This document shows positions 38,023 through 46,932 of a stretch of DNA of 64,000 nt, piece by piece (position 1 is the stretch's first letter; each line of letters starts with the position of its first letter). Below the pieces are notes generated by a model. That model searched no databases, was not told the DNA's origin, and saw only the letters and a program-made list of their open reading frames with translations. Where the stretch lies: contig DASYRG010000029.1 of the NCBI GenBank assembly GCA_036004665.1, positions 12,753 to 76,752 of the forward strand. The letters run 5' to 3'. Both the position numbers and the translations under genes were made by a program. The DNA comes from a bacterium. Its GTDB lineage: Bacteria > Sysuimicrobiota > Sysuimicrobiia > Sysuimicrobiales > Humicultoraceae.

Positions 38023-38062
38023 TCGCAGGACGGAAGGGCCCGGGGGTTATCCTCCGGGCCCT
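38023..38062 (+). terminator. Rho-independent terminator after the OmpM-like gene
   Basis: GAAGGGCCCGGGGG-ttatcc-TCCGGGCCCTTC followed by TCGTTTTC. Confidence 0.6.
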
Positions 38063-38160
38063 TCTCGTTTTCGCGAGGTACGTGCGCAGCACGGTCCCAC
38101 GCTCCGCCGGGCTGGAGTACAATACACTCACACCATCCGGATGACAGACCGAGGTGCGAC

Positions 38161-38427
38161 GTGAAGATCACGCTATTCGTGCTGCTGGCGGTGACGATCG
38201 CGCAGCTCCCGTCCTGCAGTATCACCGGCTCCGATACTATCGTCGGCTACGTCGAGGAAAAGATACGACTGCCCCTGGATGTCGGCGGCGGGACCAAACC
38301 GTTCATCCTCATCGGCGGGACGGATTACGAGGTGCCGATGGACTTCTGGCTGCAGGTCCGCGTCGGCGACCTGGTCAGGCGCGAGAACGGGATCTGGACG
38401 ATCGTCAGGAGGTCCGGCACCCCCTAG
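38161..38427 (+). CDS. Small putative lipoprotein (88 aa)
   Basis: GTG start preceded by GAGGTG. Signal peptide with a lipobox-like LPSC (MKITLFVLLAVTIAQLPSCS). Locally lower GC. It is out of frame with, and covered by, a listed ORF (38154-39038) whose 5' part appears non-coding. Confidence 0.4.
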   Translation: MKITLFVLLAVTIAQLPSCSITGSDTIVGYVEEKIRLPLDVGGGTKPFILIGGTDYEVPMDFWLQVRVGDLVRRENGIWTIVRRSGTP

Positions 38428-38495
38428 GGCCGGCGCCTGATCTGTCCCCACCCCGCCCCTTGGCGGGGTTATCCGACCTGCCGGGCGGAGGGGCC

Positions 38496-39038
38496 GTGGG
38501 GCTGATCGATGACGTCGACGAAATCCTGATCCCCGAGCGGGCAATTGTGGCCCGCGTCGGGGAGCTCGGCCAGGCGATCTCCCGCGACTACGACGGCAAG
38601 GAGCCCCTGCTCGTCGGCATCCTCATCGGCGCCTTCGTCTTCCTCTCGGACCTGCTCCGCCAGATCAGCATCCCCTGCCAGATCGACTTCATGGCCACTT
38701 CCTCCTACGGGGAGGCCACTGAGAGCTCGGGGATCGTGCGCATCCTCAAAGACCTGGACCAGTCCATCGAGGGCCGCCACGTTCTGATCGTGGACGACAT
38801 CATCGACACCGGCCTGACCATGGACTACCTGCTGGAGACGCTGAAGGCGCGTTATCCTGCGTCGCTGCGCGTCTGCGCGCTGCTGGACAAACTCCCCCGG
38901 CGACGCCGCGAGGTCCGCATCGACTACCGCGGCTTTGAGATCCCCGACAAGTTCGTGGTCGGCTACGGGCTCGACTATGCCGGTCGGTACCGCAACGTGC
39001 CCTTCGTCTGCGTGCTGAAACCGGAGATCTACAGCTAG
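38496..39038 (+). CDS. hpt: Hypoxanthine-guanine phosphoribosyltransferase
   Basis: ...PLLVGILIGAFVFLSDLLRQISIPCQIDFMATSSYG...HVLIVDDIIDTGLTMDYL... shows the PRTase motif. Start set at an internal GTG; the 5' extension of the listed ORF lacks homology. Confidence 0.8.
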   Translation: MGLIDDVDEILIPERAIVARVGELGQAISRDYDGKEPLLVGILIGAFVFLSDLLRQISIPCQIDFMATSSYGEATESSGIVRILKDLDQSIEGRHVLIVDDIIDTGLTMDYLLETLKARYPASLRVCALLDKLPRRRREVRIDYRGFEIPDKFVVGYGLDYAGRYRNVPFVCVLKPEIYS

Positions 39039-39103
39039 CGATGCCTTCCCTCGGCTGCTAGCGATGCCTTCCCTCGGCTGCTAACGATGCCTTCCCTCGG
39101 CCG
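39035..39103 (+). repeat. Triple 23-nt tandem repeat (CTAGCGATGCCTTCCCTCGGCTG x3, third copy diverged) duplicating the start codon region of the downstream gene
   Basis: Units at 39035-39057, 39058-39080 and 39081-39103. Each contains ATGCCTTCCCTCGGC. The first two ATGs open 6-codon mini-ORFs (MPSLGC*); the third is the real start at 39087. Confidence 0.8.
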
Positions 39104-40244
39104 GCAGCGCACCGCCCGCCGCACCTACGGGTTGGATGAGATCGCCCTCGCCCCCGCCGCCTCGACGATCGACCCGGAGGACGTCGACATCGGCTGGCGG
39201 GTCGGGTCCCTCGCCTTCGCGCTGCCCTTCCTGGGCGCGGCGATGGACAGCGTGGTCGACGTAGGCACCGCCGTGCTCCTGGGAGGGCTGGGGGCCGCCG
39301 GTGTACTGAATCTCGAGGGGATTCAGACCCGGCATCGCGATCCCGACGCCGCGCTCGAGGCGGTCGCCGCGGCCTCTGCCGGTGAGGTCGTCGCCCTGCT
39401 GCGGGAGATCTATCGCGCGCCGGTCCAGGAGGAGCTGGTGGCCGCGCGCATCGCGGCGATCAAGGCCGCGGGGGTACCCACGCTGGTCGCCGTCACGCCC
39501 GCCCGCGCCGCCCGTCTCGCTCCGGTGGCTGCGGAGACCGGAGCAGACGCGCTGCTGGTCCAGTCCACCGTCAGTAGCGACCGACACCGCAGCCGGCGCG
39601 GCGACGTCCTCTCGATCGCCGACCTCATCCGCAGCCTCGAGCTGCCGGTGCTCGCGGGCAACTGCGCCACCTACGATGGAGCACGTGACCTCCTGGAGGC
39701 AGGGGCAGCCGCGGTCTTCGTCGGGGTGGGACCGGGCGCCGCCTGCACAAGCCGGCGGGTCCTGGGGGTGGGGGTGCCGCAGGCCACGGCCATCGCCGAC
39801 GCCGCCGCGGCGCGGGATGACTTCCGCCGCCGCACCGGACGGTACATACCACTGGTGGCGGACGGAGGGATCGCAGTGGGCGGCGACGCGGCCAAGGCCG
39901 TCGCGCTGGGCGCCGACGCCGTGATGCTGGGGAGCGCGCTGGCCCGCGCCGAGGAGGCGCCGGGGCGCGGCTTCCACTGGGGGATGGCCACCCCCCATCT
40001 GGCCCTACCGCGCGGCACGCGGATCCGCACCGCCGGAGGAGGGACGCTCGAGCAGGTCTTAATCGGCCCGGCTCAGACCGACGACGGCAGCCAGAACCTG
40101 GCGGGGGCGCTGCGGCTGGCGATGGGACTCTGCGGCGCTGCCACCATCGCCGAGATGCACGAGGTGGAGATCCTGCTGGCCCCGGCGATCGGCCGCGAGG
40201 GCAAACGGGCGCAGATCACTCAGGGCGTGGGAGAGGGACGCTGA
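39087..40244 (+). CDS. IMP dehydrogenase/GMP reductase-family protein lacking CBS domains (GuaB3-like)
   Basis: TIM-barrel IMPDH-family motifs ([14 protein letters not shown]...[10 protein letters not shown]...[23 protein letters not shown]) in 385 aa with no CBS pair. Confidence 0.7.
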   Translation: MPSLGRQRTARRTYGLDEIALAPAASTIDPEDVDIGWRVGSLAFALPFLGAAMDSVVDVGTAVLLGGLGAAGVLNLEGIQTRHRDPDAALEAVAAASAGEVVALLREIYRAPVQEELVAARIAAIKAAGVPTLVAVTPARAARLAPVAAETGADALLVQSTVSSDRHRSRRGDVLSIADLIRSLELPVLAGNCATYDGARDLLEAGAAAVFVGVGPGAACTSRRVLGVGVPQATAIADAAAARDDFRRRTGRYIPLVADGGIAVGGDAAKAVALGADAVMLGSALARAEEAPGRGFHWGMATPHLALPRGTRIRTAGGGTLEQVLIGPAQTDDGSQNLAGALRLAMGLCGAATIAEMHEVEILLAPAIGREGKRAQITQGVGEGR

Positions 40245-41836
40245 TGGTGCTGGAGGCGCGCCGCGCGGCCCCGTACGAAGCCGAGGAGCCGCCGCCCGGC
40301 GCGTCCGCGCACGAGGTGGTTCTCGTCCTGGACTTCGGCGCGCAGTACGCGCAGCTGATCGCGCGCCGCATCCGGGAAAGCCGCGTGAAGAGCCTGATCC
40401 TTCCCTTCGATGCGCCGCTCGCCGATGTGCGCGCCCTGGCGCCGCGCGGTCTGGTACTGTCGGGGGGACCGGCCAGCGTCTACGAGCCGGGCGCGCCGCG
40501 CCCCGACCCTGCCCTCTTCGAGCTGGGCATCCCCGTGCTGGGCATCTGCTACGGGATGCAGGCGATGTCCCACCTGCTGGGCGGAGAGACGGGACCGGCA
40601 GAGCGCCGCGAGTACGGCCGGACGCGCCTCTTCGTGGACGAGCCCGCCCCGCTCTTCGTCGGGTTGGAGGAACGCCTGACCTGTTGGATGAGCCATGGGG
40701 ATGCCGTCCTCCGCCTGCCTCCGGGGTTTGTGCCGCTGGCCCATACCGACGCCGGCAGCGTGGCCGCGGCAGGGGATCCGGTCCGCCGTCTGTATGGCCT
40801 GCAGTTTCACCCCGAGGTCTCTCACACCCCCTGGGGAGGAGAGGTGCTGCGCGCTTTCCTCTATGGGGTGTGCGGATGCCGTCCCACCTGGACCATGGCC
40901 TCCGTGCTCGACCGCGCGGTGGCAGAGATTCGGAGCGCCGCCGCCGGGGGCAGAGCGCTTGTTGCCCTCTCCGGCGGCATCGATTCGGCCACCGCCGCCG
41001 CCCTGGCTCATCGCGCCGTCGGCGACAGGCTGACCGCCATCTTCGTCGATCACGGCCTGCTGCGGGCGGGCGAGGCGGAGCAGGTCGTCGCCACGTTCCG
41101 GGACCAGCTCGGCCTGCCGTTGGTGCACGTGGAGGCCGCGGCCCGCTTCCTCGGGCGGCTGCGCGGGGTCGTCGATCCCGAAGCGAAGCGCCGCGCCATC
41201 GGCGAGGAGTTCATTCGCATCTTCGAAGAGGAGGCGGCGCGTCTGGGCGAGGTGGACCTGCTCGTCCAGGGGACGCTCTACCCCGACGTGATCGAGAGCG
41301 GCACCCGCACCGCCGCGCGCATCAAGACGCATCACAACGTCGGAGGTCTCCCCGAACGGATGCGGCTGCGCCTGGCCGAGCCGCTGCGCGATCTCTTCAA
41401 GGATGAAGTGCGCGAGATCGCCCGCGCCCTCGCCCTCCCCGACCCCATCATCGAGCGCCACCCCTTTCCCGGCCCCGGGCTGGCCATCCGGGTGGTGGGG
41501 GAGGTGACCCCGGAGCGGCTGGCTCGCCTGCGCGCCGCCGATGCGATCGTGCGGGAAGAAGTGCTTGCCGCCGGTCTGCAGCGCGAGGTCTGGCAGGCCT
41601 TCGGCGTGCTTCTGCCCGTGGCCAGCGTCGGGGTCACGGGCGATGCGCGCACCTACGGCGAGGCGGTGGTGGTCCGCGCGGTGACCAGCGAGGACGGCAT
41701 GACCGCGGATTGGGCCCGCCTGCCTGACGAGCTGTTGGAGCAGCTGGCCAGCCGGATCACGAGAGAAGTGCCCGGCATCGCGCGCGTTCTCTATGACATC
41801 ACGAGCAAACCGCCGGCGACGATCGAGTGGGAGTAG
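40244..41836 (+). CDS. guaA: GMP synthase (glutamine-hydrolysing)
   Basis: GATase-1 domain ([20 protein letters not shown]...GICYGMQ) plus an ATP-pyrophosphatase domain ([12 protein letters not shown]) and the ...ATIEWE C-terminus. Confidence 0.9.
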   Translation: MVLEARRAAPYEAEEPPPGASAHEVVLVLDFGAQYAQLIARRIRESRVKSLILPFDAPLADVRALAPRGLVLSGGPASVYEPGAPRPDPALFELGIPVLGICYGMQAMSHLLGGETGPAERREYGRTRLFVDEPAPLFVGLEERLTCWMSHGDAVLRLPPGFVPLAHTDAGSVAAAGDPVRRLYGLQFHPEVSHTPWGGEVLRAFLYGVCGCRPTWTMASVLDRAVAEIRSAAAGGRALVALSGGIDSATAAALAHRAVGDRLTAIFVDHGLLRAGEAEQVVATFRDQLGLPLVHVEAAARFLGRLRGVVDPEAKRRAIGEEFIRIFEEEAARLGEVDLLVQGTLYPDVIESGTRTAARIKTHHNVGGLPERMRLRLAEPLRDLFKDEVREIARALALPDPIIERHPFPGPGLAIRVVGEVTPERLARLRAADAIVREEVLAAGLQREVWQAFGVLLPVASVGVTGDARTYGEAVVVRAVTSEDGMTADWARLPDELLEQLASRITREVPGIARVLYDITSKPPATIEWE

Positions 41837-41843
41837 GGGCGTT

Positions 41844-44015
41844 ATGCAGTATTCTCCTCCTAAGATGTCAATGACCGCCGACCCTCTTGCCGATCTCAAT
41901 CCCGCCCAGCGCGAGGCCGTGGAACACCCCGGCGGGCCGATGCTCATCCTGGCCGGGGCGGGCTCGGGCAAGACGCGCGTGCTCGCCTACCGCATCGCCC
42001 ACCTGATCCGAGAACGGGGGATCCCGCCGCGGCGGATCCTGGCGGTGACCTTCACCAACAAGGCCGCCAACGAGATGCGCGGCCGGGTGGACCGCCTCCT
42101 TGGCGGTCCGGTGGCGCGGGGGCTGTGGATCGGGACCTTCCATGCCATCTGCGGCCGCATCCTGCGCGTCCACGGTGAGCGCGTGGGCGTACCGCGCAAC
42201 TACGTCATCTACGACACCGAAGACCAGCGCGGCGTGCTGCGCGAGGTGCTGGCGGACCTGAGCCTGGACGACCGCCGTTTCCCCCCGGAGGTCGTGCACG
42301 CCATGATCGGACGGGCGAAAGACGAGGGGCTGGGCCCCCCCGAGTACGCCGCGGCCGCGGAGAACTTCTACACCGAGACGGTCGCCAGCGCCTATCGTGT
42401 CTACCAAGAGATGCTGCGCCAGCGCGGGGCGCTAGACTTCGACGACATCCTGATGGAGACGCTCACCCTCTTCGTCGAAGCCCCGGAGGTGCTCGCCGAG
42501 TACCAGGACCGCTTCTTACATGTGCTGGTGGACGAGTACCAGGACACTAACCGCGTACAGTTCCGCCTCGTCGCGGCGGTCGCGGGCCGCCACCGCAACC
42601 TGTCCTGCGTCGGGGACGACGACCAGTCGATCTACCGGTTCAGAGGCGCGGACATCCGGAACATTCTCGAGTTCGAGCAGGCTTTTCCCGACGCCACGAT
42701 CTTCAAGCTGGAGCAGAACTACCGCTCCACCAAGTCCATTCTCGCCGCGGCGGGCGCGGTGATCGGCCACAACCCGCACCGGCACACCAAGGCACTCTGG
42801 ACGGAAAATCCGCAGGGCCAGCCGCTGCAGGTGTACGAGGCGTTCGACGGGCACGACGAGGCCCGTTTCGTCGTTGATTCGATCCGGCGTTTCCACGGGG
42901 ACGGCCACCCCTACCGCGAGACGGTGGTGCTCTACCGCACCAACGCCCAATCCCGTCTCTTCGAGGAGCAGCTGCTGCGGGCGGGGATTCCCTACCAGGT
43001 CGTCGGCGGCGTGCGCTTCTATGAGCGCAAGGAGGTCAAGGACGTCCTGGCCTACCTGCGGCTCGCCCAGACTCCGCAGGACACGGCCAGCCTGCGCCGG
43101 GCGGTGGCGACTCCCCGGCGGGGCATCGGCGAGATCACCCTGGGCCGGCTGGAGGCCTTCGCCGGCTCGCGCGGGATCACCGTGCTGGACGCGATGGCCC
43201 ACCCCGACGCCATCGCGGAGGTGCCGCGGGCCGCCAGCCGCGCGGTGGGAGACTTCGCCGGGCTGATCGAGCGGATCCGCGACCGCGCCGCCCGCGTGCG
43301 CGTCTCCGACCTGATCGAGCAGACGATCGCCCATACGGGCTATCAGGAGATGCTGGAGCGCGAGGGGAGCGAAGAGGCCTACTCCCGGCTGGAGAACCTG
43401 CGCGAGATGGTCACGGTGGCGCAGGAGTTCGAGGAGCTGACCGGAGAGGAATCGCTGGAGGCCTTCCTGCAGCACCTCGCCCTCATCACCGACGTGGACA
43501 CCTGGCAGGAGCAGGCCGATCGGGTCACCCTGATGACGCTGCACAGCGCCAAAGGGCTGGAATTCCCGATCGTCTTCCTGGCCGGGCTGGAGGAGGGGCT
43601 CTTCCCCCACGCGCGCACCATCGAGGAGGAAGGCGGCCTGGAGGAGGAGCGCCGGCTCTGCTACGTGGGCATGACCCGCGCCAAGGAGCGGCTCTACGTC
43701 AGCTACGCCCGGCAGCGTATGATCTTCGGCGTGATCCATCCTGCCGTGCCCTCGCGCTTCGTCGACGAGATGCCGCAGGCCCTGCTCGCCCCGGCGGTGG
43801 CGCCCGCGCAGCCACTCGGGTCTGCTCCCGACGGCGATCGAGACGTGCCCGTTCCCCCGGTGGGGGCGCAGGTGCGCCATGCTCGCTTCGGGGAGGGGCG
43901 CGTGCTGGAGGTGGAGGGGGAGGGCGTCCGGGCGGTGGTGACCGTGCAGTTTTCGATCGGGGTGAAGCGGCTGGCCCTCGGGTATGCGCCGCTGGAAACC
44001 CTACCGGCGGGGTGA
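41844..44015 (+). CDS. pcrA: ATP-dependent DNA helicase PcrA/UvrD
   Basis: LNPAQREAVEHPGGPMLILAGAGSGKTRVL (motif I), VDEYQDTN, ...TLHSAKGLEF... and the UvrD C-terminal domain. Confidence 0.85.
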   Translation: MQYSPPKMSMTADPLADLNPAQREAVEHPGGPMLILAGAGSGKTRVLAYRIAHLIRERGIPPRRILAVTFTNKAANEMRGRVDRLLGGPVARGLWIGTFHAICGRILRVHGERVGVPRNYVIYDTEDQRGVLREVLADLSLDDRRFPPEVVHAMIGRAKDEGLGPPEYAAAAENFYTETVASAYRVYQEMLRQRGALDFDDILMETLTLFVEAPEVLAEYQDRFLHVLVDEYQDTNRVQFRLVAAVAGRHRNLSCVGDDDQSIYRFRGADIRNILEFEQAFPDATIFKLEQNYRSTKSILAAAGAVIGHNPHRHTKALWTENPQGQPLQVYEAFDGHDEARFVVDSIRRFHGDGHPYRETVVLYRTNAQSRLFEEQLLRAGIPYQVVGGVRFYERKEVKDVLAYLRLAQTPQDTASLRRAVATPRRGIGEITLGRLEAFAGSRGITVLDAMAHPDAIAEVPRAASRAVGDFAGLIERIRDRAARVRVSDLIEQTIAHTGYQEMLEREGSEEAYSRLENLREMVTVAQEFEELTGEESLEAFLQHLALITDVDTWQEQADRVTLMTLHSAKGLEFPIVFLAGLEEGLFPHARTIEEEGGLEEERRLCYVGMTRAKERLYVSYARQRMIFGVIHPAVPSRFVDEMPQALLAPAVAPAQPLGSAPDGDRDVPVPPVGAQVRHARFGEGRVLEVEGEGVRAVVTVQFSIGVKRLALGYAPLETLPAG

Positions 44016-44178
44016 CCGTTCCAGAAGGGGGATTGGGCGGCCAGACGCGAATCCAGAAACGAATAAGGACACACTTACGAAATCGTGACAAACCTATGAT
44101 ACGGCTCTGCGGCAAGGAATGTGCACGGTCGGCCATCCGCGCTGCGGCGGTGGCCGCGAAACCAGCAAGGAGGGATCC

Positions 44179-45921
44179 ATGAGACGCATCGTCGTCAGCG
44201 CGGTCGCGGCCATCCTGCTCGTGGCAGTGGTCGCGCTGGCCGCCCAGCAGAAGTTCACCCTGCCCGGCATTCCCAACCCGGACGTCGCCACTTATGCACC
44301 CGAGATCGGTAAGTACGGCGGAACCTATGTCACCTCCACGATCAGCGACCCGCGCACCTTCAATGCCATCGTGTCGCAGGACACCGTGTCCAGTGCGGTC
44401 ACCGACGTGATGTTCGATTCTTTGGTGGGCGAAAACTACATCACGGGAGAGATTGTGCCGGCGCTGGCTGAGTCCTGGACGGTGAGCCCCGATGGACGCA
44501 CCTGGGTATTCACGCTGCGCCAGGGGGTGCAGTGGTCCGACGGCAAGCCGCTGACGATGGCGGATGTGCTCTTCAGCCTGAAGGCGATCTTCACTGAGGG
44601 TGTCGATAACAGCATCCGCAGTGTGCTCACCTTCGACGACAAACCCGTGCAGTATCGCGCCCTCGACAACCGGCGCATTCAGTTCAGGACGGAGCGGCCC
44701 ATCGGGCTGTTCCTGCGGTTCATCGGGTTCAACGTCATGCCCGCGCACAAGCTCGCCGACGTCCTCGCCAAGGGCGGCGCCGAATTCTCCAAGACCTGGG
44801 GGATCAACGTCAACCCGCGGGAGATGGTGGGCTCGGGGGCTTTCCTGCTGGCGCAGTACGTGCCCGGGCAGCGTATCGTCATGCTGCGCAACACCAACTA
44901 CTACGTCGTGGACACGAAGGGGCAACGGCTGCCCTACCTGACCCGCTACGTCATCCTAATCGTGCCCGGCTTGGAGCAGTCCCGCCTGAAGTTCCTGGCC
45001 AGGGAGACCGACGCGTATGCTGCGCGTGCGCGGGAGTTTGCGGAACTCAAGGCGCAGGAGCGGGCGGGGAACTTTACCATCTACGACGGGCCGGAGACGT
45101 TCAGCTCCGAGTTTGTCGTCTTCAATCAGAACCCCGCCGGCATCTCCGGGCCGAAGCTGGCCTGGTTCCAGGACGTGCGCTTCCGCCGCGCCCTCAACCA
45201 CGCCATCGACCGGGCCACGATCTCCCAGCAGATCCACGCCGGCCGGTCAACGGCGGCATGGGGGCCGGTGAGCGTCGGCAACAAGCTCTACCATAACCCC
45301 AACCTGCCGCAGTACGCCTATAATCTCGACCGCGCACAGCAGCTGCTGGCCGAAGCGGGTTACCGGAAGGGGTCGGACGGGACGCTGCGCGACGCGCAGG
45401 GGAACATCGTCGAATTCGTCATTTCCACCAACGCCGGCAACCCCGACCGGGAGGCCATCGGCAACATTCTCCGTCAGGACTGGACGAAGCTGGGTATCCG
45501 CGTGACCTTCGCGCCCGAGTCCTTCCCCTCGCTGGTGGGCAAACTCACCGGGACCTACAAATGGGACGCCATCGTCATCGGCCTGACCGGCGGGATCGAA
45601 CCCGGCACCGGTCGCAACGTCTGGCTGACGACGGGCGACCTGCACATGTGGCGCCCCAACCAGTCCAGCCCCGCCACCGACTGGGAGCGGGAGGTGGACA
45701 ACCTCTTCGAGCAGATCGCCCGAGAGGCGAATCAGGAGAAGCGCAAAGCGCTCTATTTCCGCTGGCAGCAGATCATCGCCGAGCAGGTGCCGATCGCCTA
45801 CTTCGCCTACCCGAAGACCCAGCCGGCGGTCCGGAACACGATCGGCAACGTGAAGATCGGGCTGCAGGGAGTGACCGGCACGTTGGAGACTCGCTACTAC
45901 AAGGGCGTTCTCAGGCCCTAG
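44179..45921 (+). CDS. ABC transporter substrate-binding protein, family 5 (peptide/nickel type) #1
   Basis: Signal peptide (MRRIVVSAVAAILLVAVVALAAQQ) and OppA/DppA-like family-5 SBP architecture. Confidence 0.8.
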   Translation: MRRIVVSAVAAILLVAVVALAAQQKFTLPGIPNPDVATYAPEIGKYGGTYVTSTISDPRTFNAIVSQDTVSSAVTDVMFDSLVGENYITGEIVPALAESWTVSPDGRTWVFTLRQGVQWSDGKPLTMADVLFSLKAIFTEGVDNSIRSVLTFDDKPVQYRALDNRRIQFRTERPIGLFLRFIGFNVMPAHKLADVLAKGGAEFSKTWGINVNPREMVGSGAFLLAQYVPGQRIVMLRNTNYYVVDTKGQRLPYLTRYVILIVPGLEQSRLKFLARETDAYAARAREFAELKAQERAGNFTIYDGPETFSSEFVVFNQNPAGISGPKLAWFQDVRFRRALNHAIDRATISQQIHAGRSTAAWGPVSVGNKLYHNPNLPQYAYNLDRAQQLLAEAGYRKGSDGTLRDAQGNIVEFVISTNAGNPDREAIGNILRQDWTKLGIRVTFAPESFPSLVGKLTGTYKWDAIVIGLTGGIEPGTGRNVWLTTGDLHMWRPNQSSPATDWEREVDNLFEQIAREANQEKRKALYFRWQQIIAEQVPIAYFAYPKTQPAVRNTIGNVKIGLQGVTGTLETRYYKGVLRP

Positions 45922-45966
45922 AGGCGCAGGGGGGCGGGCGGGCGCCCGCCCCTTGGGCCGATCCGC

Positions 45967-46932
45967 ATGCTCCTCCATATCGCCCGCCGCCTGATCCAGC
46001 TCATCCCACTGCTCTTTGGCGTCACCCTGGTCTCGTTCGTGGTGATCCAGCTCTCCCCAGGGGACTTCCTGGCAGAGATGCGCCTCAACCCGGTGGTGGA
46101 CAGCGCCACGGTTGAAGCGATGCGCCGCAACTTCGGGTTGGACCAGCCGATGCACGTGCAGTACTTCAAGTGGCTTTGGAACCTGCTGCGGCTGGACTTC
46201 GGCTACTCGTTCGCCTACCACGTGCCGGTGATGTGGCTGATCGGCTCCCGCCTGCTCAATTCCGTGGTCCTGAACATCGCCGCCCTCATCCTCGCTTGGG
46301 TCGTGGCCATCCCGATCGGCATCCACGCCGCGACGAAACAGTACTCCTGGTCAGACAACTCCCTCTCGATGACCGCTTACCTGGGCATCTCCACGCCTAC
46401 GTTCTTTTCCGCTCTGCTCCTGTTGCTGCTCGCCTTCAAAACGGGATGGCTGCCGATCGGCGGGATGACCAGCCTGGACTACGATTTCCTGCCCTGGTAC
46501 GGCAAGATCCTCGACGTCGGCCGGCACCTCATCATCCCCGCCTCGGTCCTGGGGTTCGGCGCCGCCGCCGGGCTGATGCGGCAGATGCGCGGGAACCTGC
46601 TGGAGGTGCTGCGGCAGGATTACGTGCGCACCGCGCGCTCGAAAGGGTTGGCCGAACGTCCCGTCATCTACCGCCACGCCGTGCGCAACGCCATCAACCC
46701 CTTGATCACGATCTTCGGCTTCGAGCTGGGCGGGCTGCTGGGCGGAGCGGTGGTGATCGAAATCGTCACCGGCTGGCCGGGCGTCGGGCGGCTGATCTTC
46801 GACGCCATCGTGCAGAAGGATCTCTACGTAGTGATGGGGAGTTTGCTCATCGGCAGCGTGACCCTGGTGGTGGGCAACCTGGTCGCCGATATCCTGCTGG
46901 CCGTCGCCGATCCGCGCATCCGCTATGACTAG
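45967..46932 (+). CDS. ABC transporter permease (DppB/OppB-like) #1
   Basis: IARRLIQLIPLLFGVTLVSFVVIQL... N-terminus and an EAA-like loop. Confidence 0.85.
   Translation: MLLHIARRLIQLIPLLFGVTLVSFVVIQLSPGDFLAEMRLNPVVDSATVEAMRRNFGLDQPMHVQYFKWLWNLLRLDFGYSFAYHVPVMWLIGSRLLNSVVLNIAALILAWVVAIPIGIHAATKQYSWSDNSLSMTAYLGISTPTFFSALLLLLLAFKTGWLPIGGMTSLDYDFLPWYGKILDVGRHLIIPASVLGFGAAAGLMRQMRGNLLEVLRQDYVRTARSKGLAERPVIYRHAVRNAINPLITIFGFELGGLLGGAVVIEIVTGWPGVGRLIFDAIVQKDLYVVMGSLLIGSVTLVVGNLVADILLAVADPRIRYD

Noticed and set aside
44016-44178. Candidate sigma70 promoter (TTACGA...TATGAT) in the AT-richer gap between pcrA and the first SBP gene
   Set aside because: The -35/-10 spacing (~14 nt) is too short for a confident call. 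Possibly a real promoter, but it cannot be supported from sequence alone.
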